From Eledone cirrhosa (taxonomy: Eukaryota), in assembly GCA_964016885.1 (NCBI GenBank), contig OZ024740.1:389174001-389238000 (forward strand): a stretch of 64,000 nucleotides of DNA, written 5' to 3'. Position numbers and translations under genes: made by a program. The notes under the pieces are model-generated. The model did not search any database. It saw only the letters and a program-made list of their open reading frames with translations, and was not told the origin of the DNA. Of the stretch, positions 51,086-62,552 are shown in pieces. Numbering within the stretch: position 1 is the first letter of the stretch; the number at the start of each line of letters is the position of its first letter.

Positions 51086-52506
51086 GTTTCTCTTTCTCTT
51101 AATTTCGGGTACATTTTTGATCGGCCACCTTCCTGGTGACAAGGTTGTAAAAGAAAAGAAATTGTCATCCTTTGAATCACAAGAATGTATGTATGTATGT
51201 ATGTATGTATGTATGTATGTATGTATGTATGTATGTATGTATGTATGTATGTATGTTATCTCTTTCTCTTAATTTCGAGTATATTTTTTGACCGGCCACC
51301 TTCCTGGTGGCAAGTTTGTAAAAGAAAAGAAATTGTCATCCCTTGAATCGCAAGCATGTTTTGCAAATTTTGAAGGTGCCAGCTATCGCAGCCATTTGTA
51401 GACTATGAATTAGGGAGCTGTGCTCTTTGTCCGCAAATCCAAGTTCAGTCATACTTTGGTCCAAGCGGGTTGGTATATAACCCGTAGTTCCAATAATGAT
51501 GGGTATGAAGATAAAGGTGTATCTTGGATGATGGATTTGTAAACTCCTCATCAATGGTCCGTAGATGTCCTCCTTCTCCTGTATTTTTCTGACAACGTTT
51601 ACATCAAGTGGGCAGCTGATCTCCACAACAGAACACGTTTTCAATGTGTGGTCCCAAACAACAATATCAGGCCGGTTGTGCTTTAATTTGGTGGCAGTTT
51701 TTATTTTCAGGTTCCACCAGTATTCCTTAATCTGTCTCAATATATTCTTCCTCGTTTGTTGTTAATTTTGTTTTCCGAAGTGCGTTCCAGATGGTTCTAG
51801 CTATCCCATCGTGTCTCATGGGGAGGTAGTAGCGAGATGACATTCTTTCGCAGCTGGCAACAATGTGGCTTACATCTTCGATCTTTGTTTTACATAGCCT
51901 ACATTTATTGTCAGCTGATGGCCCTCCTCTTTTGTGCAGCAGATATTTGGTAGGGAGTTCTTGTTCCTGTATTGCATAGCGATATCCCTCAAGGTGTGAT
52001 GTCATAAACTTGTCGGAACTCCATGCCAGGCTTTTTGAGTGGTTTATCCCCTCTATGGTCTGTGTTTTACGTCTCAAGTATCCATGCACAACTTTTTCTG
52101 TAAATTGGTCAATTTTTTCATCTTGTTTGAACATTGAATAGGATCTTCCGATTTCTCTGGGTGAGAGATTTATATCAGGCTTTATTCCATATCTCTCCTC
52201 CAGATCAGTCGCTATTCTAATGATATTTTTTTTTTCATGTCCATAAACCTAGGCAAGATGGTTGCCAACCTTTTTCCTCTGTTGAAGGTGTTGCTTCAGT
52301 GTTACTATCCGGGTCTCATATGTTGTTAATATGGATTTTAGACCCCGGCCACCTTCCTTGCGTGAGAAGTATAGCCTACCCACATCACCATTGATGTTAA
52401 AGTCCCCAGTAACACTGAGAAGTTTGCGAGTTCTAACATCCATCTCACTTAGTTCTTGCAATGACCAGTTCAGCAGACCAAATGTTGGCGTTAGAATTGG
52501 CACAGC
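51086..52506 (-). mobile_element. 5'-truncated Dong/R4-clade RLE non-LTR element with duplicated 3' end
   Basis: DVRTRKLL..RLYFSRKEGGRGL, CRLC..HIVASC..RHD (CCHC), RPDIVVWD..VEISCP..EKEDIY (PD-(D/E)xK RLE); (TATG)n at both ends; 51086-51186 duplicates 51257-51355. Confidence 0.9.
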
Positions 52507-52537
<31 letters not shown>

Positions 52538-53689
52538 TGTATGTATGTATGTATGTATGTATGTATGTATGTATGTATGAGGGAGCTTATAGATTGGACA
52601 ACACACGCTGTCTTTTCGTGGGGTAAGTTTTTAATTAATTTTTGTATTCTGAAACATCAAAATACAACAATTTGTTGGTTACTGGACTCGGGAATGTCAC
52701 GACAGAAGTTTGTGGAAGTTACACAAATATTTTAGTATATTTTAGCAGAGCAATCCTTATTTATATTTTACATTTACTTACATCTCAATATAACATGGCT
52801 AAAATTCAAATTTTGCAAAGAGAAGAAAACGGTCAAATGAACTAGATACATCGCACTGTCCCCCGCCACCACAATAACTTCTACACTCTCTCCCCACCAT
52901 CACATGTCATTACCCTATCTAGACTAAAGTCATCGACCTGTTGTCAAACTCTCTACTCTCTGTTGAATGTGTATATATATATGTATGTATATGTGTGTAT
53001 ATACATCACTCAGTCAAACGACCAGATTTCAACCCCAACATCTACAACAACAACACCGGCACTAATGTTTACAGCAACAACAGCTTCAGAATGAACTGAA
53101 ATGAACATTTACAACAACAACAACAGCGGCATCAAAAGAAGGGGAAAAAAAAAAAATAACAAAACACACACACACACGCACACAACACAACAACAACATC
53201 AACTGCCACCTCCACCACTACTGCCGCCTCCATCACCATCACCAGCGACCGGGCCTTAAGAAAACAACTTTATTAATAATTTTTCTGCTTTTGGCACGGA
53301 TCCAGCGACTGGTCCAACGCATCACTGGTACTCTCTTTTGTTGACTCCGTGGGGATGAAAGGCAAGGTTGACCTCGGCGGGATTTGAGCTCAGAGCGTGG
53401 AGGGCCGTGACTCTATGCTGTAAAGCAATTATAATAATACTGGACTGTAGTACGATCGGCTTCAACTATACAAACTCTTGAAAGTCAACAGTTGACATAA
53501 TCTTGTAATCTTGTATCAGTAATGACGGTAATATATATATATATATATGTGTGTGTATGTGTGTGTGAGTAGAGTAGCGTGTGTGTGTTTGTTTGTATGT
53601 ATGAGTGTTGCTGTGTGCGCGCATATGTATGCGCGTGTGTGTGTGTCGTACGTATAAGTGTCAATAAGTGATTTTTTTTTTTTTTTTTT

Positions 53690-53985
53690 GCGCGGGGACA
53701 TAGAAATAATCGGGCTGGATGCCCGATCGCGCAGTTAAACAACTGGGAGTGAAGAACCCCTAGCCCTTGTCAGGGCATTCTTCTAGGAGAAGGTATCTCA
53801 GGAAACTGGGTTAACTCCGACATAAAACCTGCGGCTCAGGAGTTACCGATGATGTTGATCTTTTCTTCTTTTCGGGTTATAGCTACTGTCGCTCAGAGAG
53901 TGGGATTGGCTCAGTGCACAGTCTTTCCTCACTTTAAAAATATTCGTCACGCACAGGCATTGCACGAGTGCATTAATAATTATTA
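53690..53985 (+). mobile_element. Short interspersed element of uncertain class
   Basis: GC-richer island with hairpin ATCGGGC/GCCCGAT ending in an (AAT)-type tail; class not determined. Confidence 0.35.
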
Positions 53986-54230
53986 ATAGTGTTCTATTAT
54001 TATTATTATTATTATTATTATTGGCGACCTACGTAGTAAATCGTATCATCGTGAGCTCCGCAAAGGTTTGTTATTTCCGTTTGTTAAAAATTGCCATTTA
54101 TGGAAAATTTTATTGTTAACTGTTTATAAGCACACATACATTGTTTTCCGAAAAGGACACCCAAAAAGATTGGGGCCTTGTGCCCAAAATTTTAACTTTT
54201 ATTATTATCAAAAAATTTCTTTGAAAAAAA

Positions 54231-56238
54231 ATGGCTACTTCACCTCTGCACGAAGCAGCTGAAAGCCTTCCTCACAAAATAACACCTCACACCGACACCA
54301 CCATTGTAAATGTTACTACGTTTGCCAACACAAAAAAAAATATAAGCAGTAGCAATATTTTTAATTTGTCTCAGGCAGACATTCATTTCCCGCCATTACC
54401 AATGACTGCAGGTGTTAAAGCCTCCACCACCACCACCACCGCGACAACCACCACCAACACCACCACCACCACCGCGACAACAGAAACAAAAGAAGAAAAA
54501 AATAAATTAACTCGTGATGTCGAAATGAAATCAAGCAAAATGGACTCTTCCCCACCAAAGACGACTGACGTCACCACCACCACAACTGAAACTAAAATTA
54601 ATATTAACGATAGCAACAACAACAACAATGACATTATAACCCCCCCCCCTCAGTTTCGCCAGAGTAGCAAAACAATTCGAAGCATTTACGGTAACTCAGG
54701 AAGATTTAGAAAATGCCAAACAAATGGTAAAGAAAGATGGGTACAGGGTCAGCCTCACCCCCACCCCCCACCCCCCAACCTAATAAAATGGAGCATCGGC
54801 GCCTATGCACCGTGTCGTATAGAACAATAAATGTAAAATCGCGCCGAGTGGAACGGGCATCCGAGTCCCAAATCCAAAAAGCTTTGGGACATGTGTGGGC
54901 AAGAAAAACCCACATCAGACGTGGGCAAAAGTATGGAACCGTGGACGTGTTCTTTGAAACACCAGAGGAGGCTAGAGAACACTCCATGGCCCCATTAAAA
55001 AGTGACGACTTCACACTCGTCCCAAGCTATTGTGGCCAGAGACTCGTAAAGATCAGGGTGACCCACGTTCCACCGGCCATCGAAATTCCCTGGCTAATAG
55101 CGGCCGTCCTCGCCGGCATCGAAGCCAACACGAAAATAATAGCAATAGCAAAAGAAAAGCAGGAAAACTGGTCCGGATCTGGGATGGAGCTCCTGATCCA
55201 AGCGGACCAAAAAAGCATTGAGGAGATCCCAGAGGTAATAGACCTCACTGACGGCAGCCACCTCACGGTAATTGTCGAGGGCAGAAGACCTAGGTGTGTC
55301 GTTTGTGGTGAAGGAACCCACCTAAGGGCTTTCTGCCCTCAGGCTAAAAGGTTGAGGCCACCTCTCCTACCCACCCCAGTGACACAACCATCAACACCAC
55401 CAGTAGCAGAGATGGCAGCAACAACTGTAGCAGCAACAACAGAAGCAACTATAACAGCAACAACCCCAGCAACAGTAGCAAAACCAACACCACCACCACC
55501 ACCAGCAAAACCAACACCACCACCACCCAACGCTTCAGAACTAGCACCGGCGCCTACACCATCCACCACGCCACAACCAAAACTAACGCCTGTGGAGGAT
55601 TTTCCACTCCCCGGCCTATCACAACTGGAGACAGATTGTGACGACGAGGAGTGGGAAACGATATCCGGAAAAAAAAAAAAAGAAACCAAAAAAGAAAAAA
55701 TTCTCTTCCTTCCCCCTCCAAAAACAAAATACAGAGGGAAACAAATAAATTAAGAAACAAAAAAGTTAGGACAGATATGCCACCATCCACACCAGCATCA
55801 CCAACCCCATCAACCCAAACACCAACACCATCACCATCATTAACTCCAACACCACCATCACCTACACCACAAAAGTCACCAAAATGCGAAACAGAAACAA
55901 ACCCACAACAAACGCAAACAAAACAAAACAACCAAAACGATACACACTACACAGCATTAAATTTGAACAACAAGCAATTATTACACTACATCCAACACAA
56001 CACCACCATCACAGAAAAAGACTACACAACAACCCCAAAATTCACACCACCTCCACACATACAAATCACTCGCATCACACAGAAAACGTACATGACACTA
56101 AAACAAAAATTCCCAAAAGACATCGGAGACTTCCGACAAGCACTCTCCAGGAGGATTTATAAGGACATCCTTCCTGAGGAGGCCACAAGCAGTGAAAAGG
56201 ATGGAAAAACCGTCCTTCCCCTACGAGAAGTAAGGTAA
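54231..56238 (+). pseudogene. LINE ORF1 (RRM-like + CCHC knuckle, Pro/Thr-rich), broken by three homopolymer frameshifts
   Basis: CVVCGEGTHLRAFC zinc knuckle; frame changes fall in C-runs (~54640, ~54770) and an A-run (~55670). Confidence 0.75.
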
Positions 56239-56272
56239 GTGGTCTTTCCCATCTTTTCCACTCCTTTTCAAC

Positions 56273-59200
56273 ATGACCTCACTCAGAATAGGCAGCATAA
56301 ATGCGCGTGGCTTGGGGTCGTCATGGAAGCAGGGCCACCTGCTCAACGACCTCAGGTCACTAAACATAGATGTAGTGGCCATCAGCGAGACCAGAATCTC
56401 TGAAGCACAGGCTTTCGCACCGATCTTCGGCGGCTACGATGTGTACGCATCTCCCAGCCGTCCGGGATCGGGGGGAGGAGTTGCTGTGCTTTTTCGGAGA
56501 GATTTGGATCTTGCCATACGGGCCATCTTCCTGGACCCAGAAGGTAAGTTGGTGGTGCTGGACGTGACCAGCGGAGACGGGCAAGTTTTCAGGTTAGTGG
56601 CCGTCTATGCCCCGACAGGAGCAGGGCGGCCTGATTTCTTCCGGCGTCTGGAGACCTTTCTTGGAACGTCCCGCTCTTTAGTGTTAGTGGGCGACTGTAA
56701 CGGGATCTTAGATGCACGCTGGGATTGTGTGGGATTAGTGGATAGGGAAGGAGGGTGCAAGAGTCTCACCAACCTGCTCAGACGTTTTGAACTGTCTGAC
56801 GGGTACCGAATGGATTTCCCGAATGTACCAATGTGGACTTGGACAAATCGCATAGGGTCATCCAGATCATATCTAGATAGAGTATTTTGTAGGGAAATAG
56901 ATAGGTCTAGCATAGGCTGTCCACAATTCAAGATAGTCAGCTACACGGACCACAAATTCGTGATCTGTGTGCTTAACTTAGATAGGCTTCATAGACGAGG
57001 ACCCGGCTACTGGAAGCTAAACGCGTCCTTACCAGCGCGCAAGGCCTACAGAGACCGGATTAGCGAACTAGTTAAGCGGGCGTTGACGGGGGCCATCGTC
57101 AACAACAAGTGGTGGTTTGCTCTGAAAAGAGCAATTAGAATAGAGTCCATTAGGTTTAGTAAGACTTTAGCAATAGAGAAAAATAGAGCAGAGGGAGAAT
57201 TAGTTAGAAAATTAGATGAGGCGCTTAGCAAAGGCATCGCGACCGGCGTACTTGCGGCGAAATTGGCCCTTGACCAATTCTTCAATGCAAAGCACGAAGG
57301 CTGCGTTGTCAGAGCTAGGGTGCGTGCTCTCAGACACGAGGGGACGAAAGCCGTTCAATGGGCCCGAGTGGCGGAGGCGCGTCGTGGCAACAAAGCCACG
57401 ATCCGGTCTTTGGTGGACCACGACGGGCGCATGCTACTCGATCCCGGGAAAATGTGTGAAGCTTTTCAGCGACACTTCGCTCAACTGTTCGGGGGAAGTG
57501 GCGGGCCGGATCGAGGGATGGACTTTAGTGTCTACCTCGACGGACTGCCGCGGCTTTCGGCCACTGAGGCGGAGTGTTGCGAAAAGCCGATAACAACCGC
57601 TGAAGTACGGGATGCAATGACTAGTTGCACAAGGGGTAAATCGCCTGGTTTGGATGGTCTGCCCTATGAACTTTACGTACAAATGCCAAACTTGTTCGGA
57701 GGCCTCTTGGCGGACGTCTACTGCAACTGGCAACAGAACGTGAGAATTCCCAGCTCTGTGAGCCGAGCAGCGGTGGCGCTGCTGAGAAAGGATCCGAACA
57801 AGGGGGATAACATAGATAATTTTAGGCCCATAACTCTGCTAAACACAGAGTTCAAGATTTTGGCCAAGGTGCTAGCAAAGAGGTTGGCGCTTCTCGTTGG
57901 TGGTCTGGTGGACGAGGCACAGACATGCGCCATTCCCGACAGATCCATCCACGACAACCTCCACCTCATGCGATACATCGTAGAGAGGGTAGCTAGGGAA
58001 CCTGGCACGGGTGGGTCTTTGATCAATTTAGATCAGTCGAAAGCCTTCGATAGGGTCGACCATCGTTACCTAGCGGCAGTCCTGAGGGCGGCTGGCTTTG
58101 GGCCCGTCTTCAGAGGCTGGATCGCTGCCATGCACAGCGACATCTGCTCTGTAGTGAGAGTGAACGGTCACCTTTCGGAACCGTTCAACATCATGCGCTC
58201 GGTCCGCCAAGGATGTCCCCTCTCGTCCCTATTGTACGTATTGACTCTCGAGCCATTACTGCACAAACTGGAGACGTTGAGGGGGGTCCCGCGCGAACTA
58301 GGATGCGGAAGATCCGTGTCAGCATATGCCGACGATGTCACCGTAGTGGTGTCGAACGCCAAACACATCGAGGCGATCGGCACTACACTAAGAGAATACG
58401 AAGCGGTGACAGGAGCAATGATCAACCAGGAAAAGTCAGTGGGCCTGCAGCTCGGCACCTGGAGAGGCAGGTCCATGCCGTCCAACAGCGTCGTCGGGCG
58501 CTGGACGGACGGACCGGTTAAATTGCTAGGGGTCTGGTTCGGTCCAGACCTCCAGACGGACAAAAACTGGGACGAGGTGACGAGCAGGGTGGCTTCTCTC
58601 ACCCAGAAATGGGCCGAGAGGAAGCTATCCCTGAAAGGTCGAGCGGAGGTGGCGAATGCGTACATCGCATCCGTCATCTACTACCGCCTGACCGTCGTAC
58701 CTTGTCCTAAGCCCCGCCTGACTGCGCTGGAGCGTTTGCTCTTTCGCTTCTTGTGGAAGGGACGCGCTCCGATGGTCAGGCGGTTCATCTGCTGTCAACA
58801 CCCGCTACGTGGAGGGCTGGGCATGCCGTGGCTGATGATGCGCAGACACGCGCTCGGGCTACGACATCTCCACCTCTTCCTCGACGGTGATCAGGTGTGG
58901 TCGCCGTTTGCGAGACACGTTTTTCCCCAGCTCGTCTCCTTGACGGAGCTGCAGTCCTGGGTCAAGCGAAGACCGAGAGGGAGCGCTTGGAGACTGGAAT
59001 GTCTTCAGGCGCTCACAGCCCTCGACCAATCGGGCAATGTGATCGGTGGAAACTCCACCTTGGCGTTCTATAGGGGATTAGTGGAGGGGAAGAGCGACGA
59101 CGTACTTGGAGAAACTCTAGGCGTCGACGAAAATCAACTAGCCAATCTCTTCGGAAGGACTTTCGGGCCGGGGCCTATGGACAACTTCCAGAAATCCCTG

Positions 59201-59692
59201 GCCTGGCAGTGCTACCGAGGAGCTTTGCCAGTTCGGGATAAACTCTACAGGCATGGAGGTGCCGTCAGCCGGGCATGTCCGAGATGCGCGCAGGGCGACG
59301 AAACCGTCCTGCACGCACTCGTCCAGTGTCCGAGCATTGCTGACTTGTGGGTTTATGTCGAACACCTGCTGTCACGTGTAGGACGGATCCAGCTATCAGC
59401 TGAGTCCATCGTGAGGATTGCCCCGCTCCCTTCCTTTAGCCGGGAAGGGCAGGCAGTTTTTATCTGTCTGGTGGCCATGGCGAAAGAGATAGTATGGTGG
59501 ACACGTTTGAAAGGGCTGAAGACGAGCACTTACCTCTTCGGTGATGCCCTGATTAACTTTTTCAAATTTCATTTGAAAAGGAAAATCAGGGTAGAGAGGG
59601 AAGTGCTCTCTTCCCAGCATTTTGTTGAAAGATGGGTGAGAGAAGCAAGTATGGCCCGAATGAATGGGCCTTCTCTGAGTAATTGTCTGTAA
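56273..59692 (+). CDS. LINE ORF2: APE endonuclease - reverse transcriptase - C-terminal zinc finger (1139 aa)
   Basis: INARGL, ISETR, VYAP, GDCN, YLDR, TDH (APE); KSPGLDGL, FRPITLLN, DQSKAFD, RQGCPLS, YADD (RT); CPRC..ETVLHALVQC. Confidence 0.97.
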   Translation: MTSLRIGSINARGLGSSWKQGHLLNDLRSLNIDVVAISETRISEAQAFAPIFGGYDVYASPSRPGSGGGVAVLFRRDLDLAIRAIFLDPEGKLVVLDVTSGDGQVFRLVAVYAPTGAGRPDFFRRLETFLGTSRSLVLVGDCNGILDARWDCVGLVDREGGCKSLTNLLRRFELSDGYRMDFPNVPMWTWTNRIGSSRSYLDRVFCREIDRSSIGCPQFKIVSYTDHKFVICVLNLDRLHRRGPGYWKLNASLPARKAYRDRISELVKRALTGAIVNNKWWFALKRAIRIESIRFSKTLAIEKNRAEGELVRKLDEALSKGIATGVLAAKLALDQFFNAKHEGCVVRARVRALRHEGTKAVQWARVAEARRGNKATIRSLVDHDGRMLLDPGKMCEAFQRHFAQLFGGSGGPDRGMDFSVYLDGLPRLSATEAECCEKPITTAEVRDAMTSCTRGKSPGLDGLPYELYVQMPNLFGGLLADVYCNWQQNVRIPSSVSRAAVALLRKDPNKGDNIDNFRPITLLNTEFKILAKVLAKRLALLVGGLVDEAQTCAIPDRSIHDNLHLMRYIVERVAREPGTGGSLINLDQSKAFDRVDHRYLAAVLRAAGFGPVFRGWIAAMHSDICSVVRVNGHLSEPFNIMRSVRQGCPLSSLLYVLTLEPLLHKLETLRGVPRELGCGRSVSAYADDVTVVVSNAKHIEAIGTTLREYEAVTGAMINQEKSVGLQLGTWRGRSMPSNSVVGRWTDGPVKLLGVWFGPDLQTDKNWDEVTSRVASLTQKWAERKLSLKGRAEVANAYIASVIYYRLTVVPCPKPRLTALERLLFRFLWKGRAPMVRRFICCQHPLRGGLGMPWLMMRRHALGLRHLHLFLDGDQVWSPFARHVFPQLVSLTELQSWVKRRPRGSAWRLECLQALTALDQSGNVIGGNSTLAFYRGLVEGKSDDVLGETLGVDENQLANLFGRTFGPGPMDNFQKSLAWQCYRGALPVRDKLYRHGGAVSRACPRCAQGDETVLHALVQCPSIADLWVYVEHLLSRVGRIQLSAESIVRIAPLPSFSREGQAVFICLVAMAKEIVWWTRLKGLKTSTYLFGDALINFFKFHLKRKIRVEREVLSSQHFVERWVREASMARMNGPSLSNCL

Positions 59693-59801
59693 ATTAAAGG
59701 TGGAAAACTGGGAGAGGGCACTTGCCCTGGTGGTCAGGGCCACTGTGGTCTTTTAATGGGCTTTCTCCACCAGGGCAAGTGCCCTCTCCCAGTTTTCCAC
59801 C

Positions 59802-60100
59802 TTTAATTAATACCTGAGTTCAAATCCCGCCGAGGTTGACTTTGCCTTTCATCCTTACGGGGTCGATAAAATAAAGTACCAGTAATGCACTGGGTAATTG
59901 CTGGCCTTGTGCCTAAAGTAGAAACAATTATTATTATTATTATTGTTGTTTAATTAATACCTGAGTTCAAATCCCGCCGAGGTTGACTTTGCCTTTCATC
60001 CTTACGGGGTCGATAAAATAAAGTACCAGTAATGCACTGGGTAATTGCTGGCCTTGTGCCTAAAGTAGAAACAATTATTATTATTATTATTGTTGTTATT
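59802..60100 (+). repeat. Exact tandem duplication (~149 bp) of a 5'-truncated SINE
   Basis: TTAATTAATACCTGAGTTCAAATCCCGCC..GAAACAATTATT occurs at ~59803 and ~59950. Confidence 0.9.
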
Positions 60101-60164
60101 AATGTATGTGTGTGTGTATGTGTGTGTGTGTGTGTGTATATGTATGTGTGTATGTATATGTATA

Positions 60165-60196
<32 letters not shown>

Positions 60197-62199
60197 ATTT
60201 ATCATTATTTTTTTTTTTTTTTTCTCGTGCAATGGCCATACTCGATAACGAGGGGGCAGCCATCATGTATGTATGTATGTATGTGTGTGTGCGCGTGTGT
60301 GTGTGCGTGTGTGTGTTTGTATGTATGTGTGTATCGACACACTCTCTCAAACTAGAATATATAAATGTAAACATGATAGTTAGGAAATGTCAAAGAAATC
60401 TAAAATAAAAATAGGAGAGATTGTATGGTATAAATAAACAAACTAGCAAGGCACCAGTAAATCAATTACCACAAAACCGATGTAATAACACCATGGAAAC
60501 TATTTCCAGATTTCCTTTCTTTTTATAAACATAGCATACGTCTCTCTTCAAATTACATAAACAAAAATAAATACTAATTGTTCTTTTAGCCCCAGGTCAC
60601 TGGCCGCTAAACGAAATATTAACAGCAGTAAACTCCTACGTTAAAAGAACGTTTTTCCATTTTAAAGTGGAATTAAATAGTTTAATAAGTATTTGGCTTC
60701 TAATTCTAGCAAATACAACCACAATACTAAGGCCGTCTCGTTAGGTAGAACACTATCCATACCAGTCGGTCAACAGGAACAGTCAATTCCACATTCACGT
60801 AAAAAACAACAGTAAATTCAATTAGTCCAAAACACTGTACTGAGCAAAAGAACAACAGTTGTCATGCTCCGACCGAGAGCATGTGGTTTGGCTCCACCGT
60901 GCCCACCACCAGGAACTAACAAGAAGTATGCAGCATGTTCAGATTGTCACATTATGTCAGAGTAACCAGTATGATTCTTAGCCAAGCGTTATGGCACTGC
61001 TCAATTTGTTTGTGGACCAACGTAGTAGCCACCATGTTGACTGTTGACCGTCTAGAGATAGCAGTCAAATTCTCTCTCACATCACTCACTGTCGCGTTGA
61101 ATAATGCATTCCTTGATTTCCTGCACATAGGAAAATGGTGGAATGGTTACGGCTGACATGTCTTTGATCAAAGATCTGCAGTAACAGAGCTGATCTGAAG
61201 CTAAACAACACAACAAGGCTGTGATGAAACAACAATTATTGCAATGATTCAACTTGTAACTTTTTTTATACCTGCCTTTGTTTCTAGCTTTTGTTTTTAT
61301 CTTATTTATGCTTCTTTTACCTCTCTCTCTCCCTCTCCCTCTCTTGTTTTTGTTTCTTAACTTTAAAACTGTAAAATGTACAAGATGCCTCCTCTATTCT
61401 GCCACAGCACACTAGCTCTATACGGACGTTTGAGTGGAATAAATAAATAAATAAATAAATAAGTTTCATCAAAAGAAAACTATTATCTCGAACCTATTCC
61501 ATTTCAGTACTTCTATATGTTTGTTCGATCAGCAACCAAAACACCACCAAATCACACTCTATTGTCTTAAATAGGGAAAGTACAAATTACACAAGCAATC
61601 ATCAATCATCTCTCTTCTTAACCCGTAACACTCGAGTGAATGTTAGGGGGTGCCATATTGACATATGGCGTTTCTGGGGCATTTTGAAACCTAGCGCAGC
61701 CCATCTCTCCATGTTTGAGTGCAGCAGATTTCTTCGAGGCGAGGATAAGGAGTGAGAGTATGGAAGTAAGAAAGAGATATAGAGCAAGAATCAATCCCAG
61801 TATTAGACTGGTACATTTTTTTTATAGACCTTAAATGGACGAAAGCAAAGTCGACCTCAGCAGGATTTGAACTGAGGGAGCAAAGAATTGGAACGAATAC
61901 TGCAAAGCATTCTATCCGACGTTCTAACGAGACTCCCAATTCACGGTCTCTGAGTGTAAATCTACTGAATCGAATACACTAGGGCGGGGGATAAATAAAA
62001 AGGGTAATTTTTTTACTATTACTCTTGTTTCGCTTTGGAAGTGAAATTTATGTTTTCGGCACTACCATGCTATTAGCTGTCAGAAGTGAAAGTTTCGTCA
62101 ACCTTCTCAATCGTAAACATTGTTTATTTCCGTATTACCACGCATTATTTTAATAAAGCATATCGATGTAAGTGGAGTTACTTAAATGAAAATATAGGT

Positions 62200-62215
62200 G
62201 GCCCTTAAAAGGGCC
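62200..62215 (-). other. Histone mRNA 3' stem-loop motif (left TIR)
   Basis: Minus strand GGCCCT-TTTA-AGGGCC followed by ACC; matches consensus GGYYYU-UYUN-ARRRCC. Confidence 0.7.
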
Positions 62216-62367
62216 AAATTAGAAAACAAATTAAGTTAATTAGAAAACAAGTCATGGTTATCAAATAAATTGGATTTAATCATTTATATTTTCATAGTCA
62301 TGGTTATCAATGTAGAAAACAAGTAATTTTCACCAACAGTGGAGTTAACTTAAATGAAAATATTGGT

Positions 62368-62383
62368 GGCCCTTAAAAGGGCC
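62368..62383 (-). other. Histone mRNA 3' stem-loop motif (internal copy)
   Basis: Same 16-mer followed by ACCAA. Confidence 0.7.
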
Positions 62384-62536
62384 AAATTAGAAAACAAATA
62401 TATGGTTATCAAATTTTTTTCACCAACCCTATACATGAAATTGATAACCATGACTATGAAAATATAAATGATTAAATCCAATTTATTTGATAACCATGAC
62501 TTGTTTTCTAATTAACTTAAATTTGTTTACTAATTT

Positions 62537-62552
62537 GGCCCTTTTAAGGGCC
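62537..62552 (+). other. Histone mRNA 3' stem-loop motif (right TIR)
   Basis: GGCCCTTTTAAGGGCC-ACC on plus strand. Confidence 0.7.

Larger units (their letters stand above)
54023..59808 (+). mobile_element. Apparently full-length L1-clade (Tx1-like) LINE
   Basis: 5' UTR begins right after (TTA)n; ORF1 region 54231-56238; 34-nt spacer; intact ORF2; much higher GC and CpG than the surroundings. Confidence 0.92.

Noticed and set aside
56360-59743. Antisense and overlapping ORFs within LINE ORF2
   Set aside because: Expected by-product of GC-rich coding sequence; no motifs.
60780-61200. Old hAT C-terminal remnant on minus
   Set aside because: Only faint motif resemblance with many stops; cannot be supported by eye.
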